Assembly: GCA_048772705.1 (NCBI GenBank)
Contig: JBLWGC010000082.1
Span: forward strand, 62,001-126,000
Direction of reading: 5' to 3'
From: Leidyana gryllorum EB-2025a
Lineage: Eukaryota > Protista > Apicomplexa
Length of the DNA stretch: 64,000 bases
Part shown: positions 32,737 to 43,839 of the stretch, in pieces
Layout: each line of letters begins with the position of its first letter
How positions within the stretch are numbered: the stretch's first letter is position 1
Translations under genes and position numbers: made by a program
The notes under the pieces: model-generated
What the model saw: only the letters and a program-made list of their open reading frames with translations
Database searches by the model: none
What the model was told of the DNA's origin: nothing

Positions 32737-35143
32737 ATGAGTGATTTCACGCGGCGAACCCCACATGAACGACAACCTCACCCCGTGAGACAATCGCCCT
32801 TGGCGCCTCCTCCTGCAGCGGAACGGCCTTATTCAGGCGCGCCCTCATATGAACGTCGGGCAACTGAACGTAGGTGAGGCCCGCCCCTACATTGGGACTG
32901 TACCTTGGAAATGAAGTCATCCCACCATAGGAATAATGATCCCCGTATTCGAGCCATACAGGCTCAGCTCGGCGAAATGAAGCTGACTCCCGAGGAAGCT
33001 CGAGCCCGTCTGGGCTTCATACAGAAGATCATGCCAAGCTGTACTGTCAATGAGATTCAGGATTGCCTACGCAGCAACGACTTCCATGTCAAGAAAACTG
33101 TTGAAGCTCTATGTGATCGCCTCACTGTTATGGCGGCCAATGTAAGTCGCCCTGCCTTCCCATGTAACGCTTCTGCGCGGCAGATGGAACAAAGCAAGAT
33201 GATGGTCGCTCAATCTGTCGCCTTCATGCAACAAAGCCAAATGCTCAGACCCCCACAAACACCCGGACAACTGGCTGGAGCGATACCCGGCTCCTTCTGG
33301 ATGAAACTCCAACAACAGCCAGCTGAACCGCCACAGGGACTCAGCGGTCAGGAATTGGAAGCGCACGGCCTATTCGCCGACGTCGAAGCTCCCGCGGCCG
33401 CCAAGGCGGCAGAAGACCTCAGACCTGCTAACTTTGTATCCAAGTACCCAGATCAAGTCATCAGACCCTCAGGAAAGAAAAAGGCACTCTTGATAGGAAT
33501 CAATTACCACGGAAGCAAACGTGAACTCAATGGTTGCTGTGACGACGTTGACCGGATGAAGCGACTAATCTCGCGAGTTTACGGCTTCCTGGATCAACCC
33601 GAATGCATGACAATACTCACCGATCGCCCTGGCGGCAATCCAACTCTGCTGCCGACTAAGAGAAATGTCATCATGGTAAGCCAGCACACGCGTGTGTGGA
33701 AGGGAGCGCTGTGTTACAAGACCACCAATGCAGGCGATGAAGTGGTTAGTCGACGACGCTCAAAAGGGCGACGTCTTGTTCTTTCACTTCTCTGGACATG
33801 GCGGCCAGAAACGAAACTTGACTGTGAGTGGCTTGGGTCATACCAGTATGCTCTTGTATGTCAGGGGACCGAGATTGATGGTTTTGATGAAACCATCATG
33901 CCCCTGGATTACAAGAAGAATGGCCACATAACCGATGATATGATTCATGATCTGATGGTGAAGCCGCTGAAAAATGGCGTCAAGCTGATCTGTGTCATGG
34001 ATTGTTGCCACTCGGGTTCGGGAATGGATCTCCCTTTCTACTGGGAAGATGAGCAATGGAAGAAAGAGCCGTTCCCAAAGTACAGTGAAGGCGACGTGCA
34101 GCTATTCTCGTCTTGTCAGGATTCAGAGACGGCAGCCGATTTGATGATACCCAGTTGGGGCGCGGGTAGGTACTATGAGAGATGGCGTTCTGACAATGTC
34201 TGGCAATCTCAGGTGGAGCAGTCACATTGGCGTTAGTTACAGCGCTGTCCCAGAAACCTTTTGACTGGACATATCGAGGTTTGATGAATCAAGTGAATGT
34301 ATTTCTATCGGAACGAAGGTTTAGTCAACAGCCTCAATTATCTTCTACGCAGAAGTTCAACCTCGACAGGAAATTCAGGTACAGTTGCCGTCACTCTGCT
34401 TTATTCTGTTTGATGTTTGGGTGTCTGGTGTCTGTCGCTTGTTGTAATATTGTGTCAGTTGGTCTGAAATCAATGTTGGTCCCTATGTTGCTTCTCTCTC
34501 TCTGGAGAAGACCTCCACCAGATCGCGTTTGGCTTCTGTGATACTTTATTTGTTGTGGCTGGTGGCATGGATACGGTATGGTTGCTATCATGTGTTGATG
34601 GCCCTCTTGCCTGTTCCTATTCGTCGATGGTGGTGGATGAGGTATAACACGAGTGCCAAGGCGCAGCGACGTGTGTTCTGGTTGGCACCGTTCCGCCCTA
34701 TCTCTGCTACTCAGAGCATCGTGTTGGACTGCGGTGGGCGTTCCAGATCGCCTGAGTCTCGACCTCGACCTCGCCCCCGGCCTCGTACGGCTCCCCCAAG
34801 TGCAGGAAGGGGGGAGTGGCCGCCGATTGTAGTGTCTCCTCAATTATCATCTGGTTCCGGTTCCTCGTCTGGTGCTGTTGTGCTTAGTCCCGCGATCACT
34901 CGTCACATCAATTCTCCGCCCTCGCAGTGTCTTGGAGATTACGGCGAACCAGAATCCAATGATTGGGAGGGAGAAACGCAGGAACAACCGCAGAGTACCG
35001 GCGCCGCCCGCAATGAACGCACAGGTTGGAGCCCCAGCGGGACGGGCGAGAGGAAGCGGCGGCAAAGAAGAGGACGCCCGCTCACGCCGAGAAAGATTGT
35101 TCGCTCAAGTACGTCAAGGTCTGATAGGCGGGCGGTGATTTAG
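32737..35143 (+). CDS. Type I metacaspase with CUE/UBA-like N-terminal domain and putative hydrophobic C-terminal extension (multi-exon)
   Basis: [24 protein letters not shown] (catalytic His), [24 protein letters not shown] (catalytic Cys), [18 protein letters not shown]. The 5' and 3' exons were inferred from GT-AG sites. Confidence 0.85.
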
Positions 35144-35168
35144 TGCTTTTTGTCTGCCTTTTTATACG

Positions 35169-36998
35169 ATGTTGTGGCGTCTGGGTTGGGTATTGCCTTT
35201 GGCCGGCGCGGCTCGATTCAAGCAAACGGTAGATGTACGTCGTCCTGGTTTGATCCGTCGCGACTTTGAAGTTTCTCGATTGGAGTCTTCGGAAGTTCTT
35301 CGCTTCGCGACGCCTTTTGTTTGTTCTCACCAACCGTTGGACCACACAGATAAGAAGCCTGACCCGTTGAGAAGGCAAATAAGATTGGAATATAGTCAGG
35401 AAGCTAAAGACGCCGCAATCCGCCAGGGCCTGTATGCCGGGGAGGACCTTTGCTTGGACATTTCAGAAGTGGCCGAAGATGGCATCTACGGGCCACACTC
35501 CTTCGGCGACATCATCAGACCCACGCAACCTGTCCTGAGCGGTCCCCGAGACCAACAAAGAGTGTGGTTCAACTGGTGCGATGTCGTCTTTGCTGACCCG
35601 ACGCACAACTTTGAAGCCTTCACCACATATCGTTTCCGAGGCTCGAGTCAACGAGGCCCGTGAGTGCTTAATCTTCAGTGTGTGTGGCGTTTGGACACGC
35701 GTCTCATCGGCAGAGAGAGGCCAACAGGGGTGCCGCTGATCAATGCTGGGGAAGACTACTGGAAAGCCAACAATGAAACCACTGTGGTGTTGCCGCTTGA
35801 TATGCGGAGGCTAATCGGTGAGAAGCTTGGGGAAGCCGCACACTACACACACACACACACCCTTAGGTTCCAATGACGGAGACAGTTTGGCCTACGAGTT
35901 GACTGATGAGGACGCGCTAGCGATGTTGGCTGGCTGCAAGTCTGTGTCAATGAGACATCATGAGGCCATTCCGTCGTATCAATATGTGGAGCGTGAATAT
36001 TATGTGCCAGCCTGGACATCGAAAGTGCGGGTGACGGAGAGTTACTCGTTAATCAATAGTACGTCTGAATGCCGTTGTCATCGTTCGTATGTCACCCTCC
36101 AGAGGCGGCTAAGCTCTACGAAGAGTATCACGGATCTGAAGTCCACAATATGATGGGTCGTGCTGTCGGCACCAGACGCCGCCATGACATTGATGGCCGG
36201 GGGACGCCATTGATGTGGACTCTAAATGCTGAATTCCCGCCGGGCACTCGCGAGATCGAGTATTAGTAAGTCGTACATCCGTCGCTAAGTCTTAAGTCTC
36301 CGACACCACAGTGACGAGATTGGCAATATCTCAACCTCAGCTGTTGTTCATCTGGTGAGACGAAACATCATCCTCGCCACCCTCTTTACACTCACTCCAG
36401 GCGGATGGCAAAATCGGAGTTGAACTAGAGCCGCGGTATCCCCTTTTAGGGGGATGGAAGGCTCGGTGGCAAGTCCGGTACCACACCCCGGCCGCTCCAA
36501 TGATAAAGGAGCGAGAAGACGGCTTCAAGCAACTCGAGATTGTGAACAGTCCTTCGGTTCGGATGGTGAGACCCACCCACCCGCTTAGGCGGTCAATTAG
36601 TGTGATTTGTAGGCGTGGGCCTGGAAGCATACTGTACGAGTGATCCTCCCTCCAGGGAGCCACTTTGAAAAGGTTGACCATGGGGCTCTGAAGCTACTGA
36701 AACAGGACATCACATACGAGCGTCAGTGGTTCGACATCCTTCCTACACGTCCCGTGGTGACTATGGAGTTTGGTCCTTCACCACTTTTGAATCTGATGCA
36801 CTCGGAGCTTAAGGTACTGAACTCTGCTGGACAATCACGTCTACTTTACAGGTTGTGTATGCGCCCCGCTTAATCGTGCAATGCATATTGCATCTCACAT
36901 GGGTGGTGACGATTGTTGGGATTGGGTTGATGAGCTTCTGGGCCCCTCTTGTACGGCGTATGGGGTACACATTTGCTGTGAAAGACAAAGGGGAATGA
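35169..36998 (+). CDS. OST1: Oligosaccharyltransferase subunit ribophorin I / OST1 (multi-exon)
   Basis: Signal peptide; VEREYYVPAW..VTESY; DEIGNISTS; EPRYPLLGGWK; C-terminal TM and a KDKGE dilysine-type tail. Confidence 0.85.
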
Positions 36999-37178
36999 AG
37001 GCCTAGCTTGCGCACACATTTAGTGTTCCACCAATGGAAAAAAGAGATCCAAAAAAGCCGTAATAGACGCTCTGCCCAGTCGGAAAAGCAATTCTGATGG
37101 CAAAGTCGTATTCCAGGAGCATTTTTCCCGTAGGGAAGAGCTGAAATTTTTTTTCACCCATCAGGTGCTGATACGAGT

Positions 37179-38429
37179 ATGGCCGTCCTCCGTGCATCAA
37201 GGAATGAGTCTGGAGTCAAGACCTCCAAGAGCAGTCTGTTGAGTGGCGTTCTGGCTGCCACCAGCAGTTCAGCTTTCTCTGCTTCCAGTACTTCGGCCTT
37301 CGATTTGGGATCCTCGTCTGAGAGCCATACCGCGTTGTCCACCAGTGTCACTTCTGAAAGCTCCATGGTCTACGGCAGACACCGCCGACCCGTCACTGCT
37401 TATGCCAATGCGCCCAAACCCGCCATCCCCGAGGTGCCCATCAGTGGAATCAAATCGGAGATGACTCAGAAAATTAAGGACGTTCAGGGTGCCACCATCA
37501 CCAAGAATGCACTCGAGGCACTTGGCGGAGTTCTCGAGACCATCTGCCCGGAGCAACAGACCGCTGCTCCTGTTTTCACCACTTTACAACTACAAGTTCC
37601 TGTTGAGCAACCCGCTCTCCAGGTTCCTGTAGAGCAGACCGCTGTTCAGATCCAGGTCCCTGTCGAAGAAACTACTCCTGCCCAAGTCCAGGCCCCTGTC
37701 CAGGTCCAGGCCCCTGTCCAGGTCCAGGGCACTGTCCAGGTCCAAGGCGCTGTCCAAGTCCAGGCCCCTGTCCAGGTCCAGACTCCCGTCCAGGTCCAGG
37801 CCCCTGTCCAGGTCCAGACTCCCGTCCAGGTCCAGGCCCCTGTCCAGGTCCAGACTCCCGTCCAGGTCCACCAGGCCATGCAAGTCACTTCTGCTCCTGT
37901 GCAGTTCACTGCTCCCGTGCAATTCACCGCACCCGTGCAGTTCACCGCCGCACCAGTGGAAGTTGTTCACTATCAGGTGGCAACCCCCGTGGAGGTGTCC
38001 TACTACCAGGCCCCTACTACTGTGGAAGTGCCCGTTGAGATTCCCCCTCTTCAGGTGACCCTCCAACAGGTCCCAACCCAACAACAATTCGTGATGGGCG
38101 CTATCCCCACTGCTTATGCCAGGTCCACCATGTGCGAGACCCTCCGTAACTTGTTGGAGGCCGCCAAACTCGCCAACACTATGGAAATGAACAAAGTCAC
38201 CAAAGCCTGGCATAACCTCATTGAGAAGTTCCCCGAGCAGATGGGTGCTCTCTTGATGAGCAACGAGTTTGCCAATACCGGAGACCTGAGAGTCTTCTTG
38301 AAAGACCACAAGACCATTGTCGACGAGGCCACCGAGAAAATCCTTGACGGCAAGTTCGTCGCTGCTGATGTGGACGCTGCCCGCCTCCACAAATTCACCC
38401 AGCACTTGCAGGCTGTCATGTCTGCTTGA
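37179..38429 (+). CDS. V/Q/P-rich repetitive protein, alveolin/articulin-like cortical cytoskeleton candidate
   Basis: 416-aa ORF with strong C-ending codon bias. QVPVE, (VQVQAP/TP)n and VEVPVE repeats, with a helical C-terminus. Confidence 0.65.
   Translation: MAVLRASRNESGVKTSKSSLLSGVLAATSSSAFSASSTSAFDLGSSSESHTALSTSVTSESSMVYGRHRRPVTAYANAPKPAIPEVPISGIKSEMTQKIKDVQGATITKNALEALGGVLETICPEQQTAAPVFTTLQLQVPVEQPALQVPVEQTAVQIQVPVEETTPAQVQAPVQVQAPVQVQGTVQVQGAVQVQAPVQVQTPVQVQAPVQVQTPVQVQAPVQVQTPVQVHQAMQVTSAPVQFTAPVQFTAPVQFTAAPVEVVHYQVATPVEVSYYQAPTTVEVPVEIPPLQVTLQQVPTQQQFVMGAIPTAYARSTMCETLRNLLEAAKLANTMEMNKVTKAWHNLIEKFPEQMGALLMSNEFANTGDLRVFLKDHKTIVDEATEKILDGKFVAADVDAARLHKFTQHLQAVMSA
37683..37870 (+). repeat. 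Coding 18-bp tandem repeat (about 10 units)
   Basis: gtccaggtccaggcccct / gtccaggtccagactccc units encoding VQVQAP / VQVQTP. Confidence 0.9.
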
Positions 38430-39489
38430 GTGCAACACAGTTCAAACAGGAGGTAGTTGATAGTTAGTTGTATGTTTCTGCATGGGGAAGTGATACAAAT
38501 TCAAAACTAATCTGTAACTAAAACCTCCCATTCTGAAGTGCAGATCGAAACTGTCCGCCCCTCTCCGTCCGGTCCACCGCCACACACTTGCCATCTATAG
38601 CCGAGCTGGCCGTCATGTGTCCAATACAACCGAACTCCACGAATCTGAGTGAAGTGCAGTGGTAGGGATAGCAGTCAGTCAGGAGGCCCCCAGAAAGCAC
38701 CAGGCAACCATCTGCCCTTCTCTGGTAGAATACTCGCAGGGAGACAGACAACCACACACGTGTGCTAGAGAAGTCTTTTCACCGACCTGGAACTAGACGT
38801 CTGCATTTCGCCACACCTTACAAGGGAGCTGGCAGATGTAGGGTCCACTCAACGACGCCATCTGGGAAGACTGCTGCCTCGCTGACCACAAGCCTTTCGG
38901 TTCAAGGACCAGATTATATTTCACACAATCAGAGATGACTCTGGAATACTAAGTCAGCATGCAAGCTTGCGCTCGAGAATTGGTCGGATACCTGGGGCAT
39001 GTCCATCTCTCACAGTCGCACATCGCCGAGCGGCAAGTGGGCGTGGACTTGGCTGCTCTTCGCTCAATTGCTCGAGCCCAAGTTGGAATGGTGACTTCGT
39101 ATTGAGAATCAGAGCGGGAAACTGAGTGCAACAGAGGCGTTAAGACCTTCCACAACCTTTCGCACACTCAAGTTTTGAGAGGGCAACGCAGACATGCTGG
39201 TTCTCTTACTTGGGACGCGGTCGACCAATCAACGCACAAAATTCCTCCGCTTTACCTACCTGGAGCTGATCCAACAATACGATCAGGCGGACGGGCGGCA
39301 CTTGAGACATGTTGTCATAACGCTCAGATGAGAGCATTGCAAAGCATCGGGAATGCTTACAGCGCTCACCCTTCTGGTGTAATAGCGGGGTGGAGCGGAA
39401 AGGGACGGATGGAACTAAGGTTCAGAATTTGCGTCTTAGTGATTGCTGTAGGGTGAGGTGAGTGAAGCGGATTTCCGCGAAGAAAGACT

Positions 39490-40931
39490 ATCAAAGACGA
39501 AAGTAGCATTAATTTAATAATGGTATCTGAGTTGACGTAAATAGGAGTAGATCGGAAATTTTGGGATTGAGATCCCACTTTGATCTCTCTCAAGATTTCC
39601 GAAGGTCTGTCGTGATCCGCTGGCCTAATCCGAGGATACTGCTCAGCCTGGCAGTATTCTCTTCAAGAAGATACTAACACAGTGGGATCGCGACAAAGTG
39701 ATTGGTGCTGCTCCACTCGATTAAGATGGACTTTGTTTCAAATCATATTTCATGCTGAGGGAAGAAGAGCGAGTAGCGGCCCTATCCACTTCAAGGAAGG
39801 AATAAGGACTTTTGTGCGCCAAGCGCAATATTCTATTTTTTTTCCCGGGCAAGGGGCGATTGTCGGGATTTTTGTAAGTTGGAACCGCTTTTTTTCGGGC
39901 ACGAACCGCTCTCCACGGTCGTGGTCCCTTTTGGTTGTTTTTTCGTTCCAGCGGTGGTCTGTCCTAGTCGCAGTCGACAGACCACCTCTTCGGCTGGTGG
40001 CAGTAACTTCTGGGTGGGAACCAGAGCCAGGCATGGAGTAGCGACTCAGAACTCTTCCCATCTTCAATTCTGAGTCGCTCTCCTACCGTCTTCATCTGTC
40101 GGTTCCTTTTGACTGACTAAGCCCGGCTCTCAACTGGAGGATATCGAGAGAGATTGGTGACGATTTTGGGCGAACTCACCTTCATTTTGGGAGAGTGTCT
40201 CAGGGCAATCCGTGATGATCCACTCTTGAGGTTGGGGTTCTTGTGGGTCCAGGGACGGTGGCATCGCTGCACTGCGCGTCGGATCCTACGACGCGTGCAT
40301 TTGGATACCGGAGGGTCCCCCACTGCTGCTGAGGAACCAAAGGACAGAGCAGTGAGGGAGGTACGGTACCTCTCAGTTGTGTTGGCGGCGATCGCTAGCC
40401 ACCGTCCCAACTTCTTCGCCTGGTTGGGACCGAAGGCGTAATTTATTGGTAGTTTTGTGTTCAGTCCCGGCATATCGTAGAATCCACGAACCCGGATGAC
40501 TGGGCCGTGATGGAGCGACACATTGTACCCCATGAGTTCGACGGGGCCAAATATAGTCGGCTCCAACGAGACATCAGTTGATCCAAGCAACCACAAGAGA
40601 AGGAACACGGGGATGGCTACTGCCAAACGGAAATGATTCATCCCCCCCTGAGGCGCCAGTGGATAAATGAGCCCACGAGCGACCTCGCGTGCGCCGACGC
40701 ACATGCGTAGTCAGTCGATTCGCGTCTTCAGAGTGTTGATGTCTTTGCCACAGTGTACCAACTCAGTCAATTCGATCTCCTCTTCCCATCCGCAATCGCA
40801 TCAGATCAATTGTCGATTGACACGTGTAATGTCATTCGGAAGCGTAAAGGTTTCAGGCGATGTGTAAATGTACACTGTTGCCGGCAGTGTCCTCAAAATA
40901 GAATACCAACTCCCAAACCACGCGGTACCAC
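39490..40931 (+). repeat. Direct segmental duplication A, copy 1 (about 1.44 kb)
   Basis: Matches 41690-43131 at offset 2200. Only two substitutions noticed, near 40855 and 40873. Confidence 0.95.
40117..40641 (-). CDS. Orphan ORF with signal-peptide-like N-terminus (duplication A, copy 1)
   Basis: MNHFRLAVAIPVFLLLWLLGS start; possible GTGAGT..CCAG intron near the 3' end; no family recognised. Confidence 0.4.
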   Translation of the reverse strand: MNHFRLAVAIPVFLLLWLLGSTDVSLEPTIFGPVELMGYNVSLHHGPVIRVRGFYDMPGLNTKLPINYAFGPNQAKKLGRWLAIAANTTERYRTSLTALSFGSSAAVGDPPVSKCTRRRIRRAVQRCHRPWTHKNPNLKSGSSRIALRHSPKMKVSSPKIVTNLSRYPPVESRA

Positions 40932-41689
40932 TCTTCAAGTCATCAGAGTCACCGCCACGCGTCTCCACTGTCCGCAAAACCCACATTCGAAGTGTGAACA
41001 GAATTGACTGGGCGATAATGAGATAATCCGCTCAGCGATACACACTTGTTGACAACATGGCTAGTGGAGTTTTCAATACTCACTGGCGCACACTGTTTAG
41101 TTTGCTGACGCCGTTTCCTGGGCAGTTGGCTCAACCGAATATTTATGATCGGGCAATCCCATAGATTTACGATGACGGTGTCTTAACAATCCCGTTCTAG
41201 TCGCCTGCAAACCGGACAATATTGTGGTGGAGTGATGTACCATATGGAAATAAACCCCACTTTTGTGCCTTCATATGTATTGTTTTGCATGTGCTATTAA
41301 CATAAATCGGCTCACACCGCGACACCGGTTTTACGAACACACGTGTGTGCTCGGCACGAACAGATCTAATACGACCTCAGGTTAAGCAGTGGCGTGGAAC
41401 GGATTGAGGAACAAGGTGGATGAATCTACTGAAGATGATCTGGATGCTTTGGTAGAGTTGGAGGACGATTTGTAAGACCAGCAGCCAATGTTACCGGTCA
41501 CGAATTATGGAGCCTAGTGGGACGGAGCCACTGAAAGCACATTGGTTTCAACTTTGGTAGAAAATCATACATCTAAGTGGGTGTGCCTTGAAAGTGGAAT
41601 TTTGGCGCGCTCAATCACAGCTTACTCAACACTCACAGATTTGAGTATGGGCCTGGGGCTGGAGACAGTCACTTCTCAGCCTGCGGACA

Positions 41690-43131
41690 ATCAAAGACGA
41701 AAGTAGCATTAATTTAATAATGGTATCTGAGTTGACGTAAATAGGAGTAGATCGGAAATTTTGGGATTGAGATCCCACTTTGATCTCTCTCAAGATTTCC
41801 GAAGGTCTGTCGTGATCCGCTGGCCTAATCCGAGGATACTGCTCAGCCTGGCAGTATTCTCTTCAAGAAGATACTAACACAGTGGGATCGCGACAAAGTG
41901 ATTGGTGCTGCTCCACTCGATTAAGATGGACTTTGTTTCAAATCATATTTCATGCTGAGGGAAGAAGAGCGAGTAGCGGCCCTATCCACTTCAAGGAAGG
42001 AATAAGGACTTTTGTGCGCCAAGCGCAATATTCTATTTTTTTTCCCGGGCAAGGGGCGATTGTCGGGATTTTTGTAAGTTGGAACCGCTTTTTTTCGGGC
42101 ACGAACCGCTCTCCACGGTCGTGGTCCCTTTTGGTTGTTTTTTCGTTCCAGCGGTGGTCTGTCCTAGTCGCAGTCGACAGACCACCTCTTCGGCTGGTGG
42201 CAGTAACTTCTGGGTGGGAACCAGAGCCAGGCATGGAGTAGCGACTCAGAACTCTTCCCATCTTCAATTCTGAGTCGCTCTCCTACCGTCTTCATCTGTC
42301 GGTTCCTTTTGACTGACTAAGCCCGGCTCTCAACTGGAGGATATCGAGAGAGATTGGTGACGATTTTGGGCGAACTCACCTTCATTTTGGGAGAGTGTCT
42401 CAGGGCAATCCGTGATGATCCACTCTTGAGGTTGGGGTTCTTGTGGGTCCAGGGACGGTGGCATCGCTGCACTGCGCGTCGGATCCTACGACGCGTGCAT
42501 TTGGATACCGGAGGGTCCCCCACTGCTGCTGAGGAACCAAAGGACAGAGCAGTGAGGGAGGTACGGTACCTCTCAGTTGTGTTGGCGGCGATCGCTAGCC
42601 ACCGTCCCAACTTCTTCGCCTGGTTGGGACCGAAGGCGTAATTTATTGGTAGTTTTGTGTTCAGTCCCGGCATATCGTAGAATCCACGAACCCGGATGAC
42701 TGGGCCGTGATGGAGCGACACATTGTACCCCATGAGTTCGACGGGGCCAAATATAGTCGGCTCCAACGAGACATCAGTTGATCCAAGCAACCACAAGAGA
42801 AGGAACACGGGGATGGCTACTGCCAAACGGAAATGATTCATCCCCCCCTGAGGCGCCAGTGGATAAATGAGCCCACGAGCGACCTCGCGTGCGCCGACGC
42901 ACATGCGTAGTCAGTCGATTCGCGTCTTCAGAGTGTTGATGTCTTTGCCACAGTGTACCAACTCAGTCAATTCGATCTCCTCTTCCCATCCGCAATCGCA
43001 TCAGATCAATTGTCGATTGACACGTGTAATGTCATTCGGAAGCGTAAAGGTTTCTGGCGATGTGTAAATGTATACTGTTGCCGGCAGTGTCCTCAAAATA
43101 GAATACCAACTCCCAAACCACGCGGTACCAC
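41690..43131 (+). repeat. Direct segmental duplication A, copy 2
   Basis: Near-identical to 39490-40931. Confidence 0.95.
42317..42841 (-). CDS. Orphan ORF with signal-peptide-like N-terminus (duplication A, copy 2)
   Basis: Translation identical to 40117-40641. Confidence 0.4.
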   Translation of the reverse strand: MNHFRLAVAIPVFLLLWLLGSTDVSLEPTIFGPVELMGYNVSLHHGPVIRVRGFYDMPGLNTKLPINYAFGPNQAKKLGRWLAIAANTTERYRTSLTALSFGSSAAVGDPPVSKCTRRRIRRAVQRCHRPWTHKNPNLKSGSSRIALRHSPKMKVSSPKIVTNLSRYPPVESRA

Positions 43132-43839
43132 CGACTGATTGGGGCGGCACTCCTCTACTCATCAGAGTCACCGTCACGCGTCTCTATCGTCCACAGTCAA
43201 TTCTGTTCGCACTCGAAATGTCCGTTTTGCGGACGGTAATGAGATAATCCCCTTAGCGAAGTGATCAACGAGGGAGTGTGTCTGCACGGAGACGACATAT
43301 CGTCGTCGCCCATATTGGTATACTCTTCTTTGCTTTGAATCCCACGCCGTCCGCAATGAGAAAAGTGGTGGTGCTTCCAGATTGGAACAGCAGTGAGGGT
43401 GTACATTCTTGTGCTCAATAAACTAAATATTTTCGGGTTGGATACAGCACAAACGATTACTGGTAGTTTCCGTGAATTGTCTTCCGATAAGATCCAGGGG
43501 AGATTGCCAATGATCGATCTATCCGCTCGAGGAGGGTGTCTACGTTCGTGCCCTTCAGCCATTAGCTGAAGATATTTGATCTTGCTGTCCTTTCATGGTG
43601 AGGAGCAACAATGATTCAAGGCCGGAGCGAAATACGTTAGTGAAGAGCTGTGGGTTACACTCTCAACCAGCAAGTGACTTGTCTCAAACTCCATGTGCCA
43701 CATAGTCCTATAGCTGTTAGATACTCACCGCTGGCACACGAGAGGTTGCAACAACATATTTGCTCATTGCCGGATGCGAAAGGGTGTTAAGAGCCGCCGT
43801 TAATTAAGAACGAATGATGTTCGTGTGATACCGGCTGAA

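Noticed and set aside
20123-36998. Apparent glycobiology cluster (GT31, PIG-F-like, ribophorin I near the GH97s)
   Set aside because: Interspersed with unrelated housekeeping genes; most likely coincidental.
37590-38438. 282-aa antisense ORF with LDLDRG repeats
   Set aside because: Mirror of the 18-bp coding repeat on the + strand.
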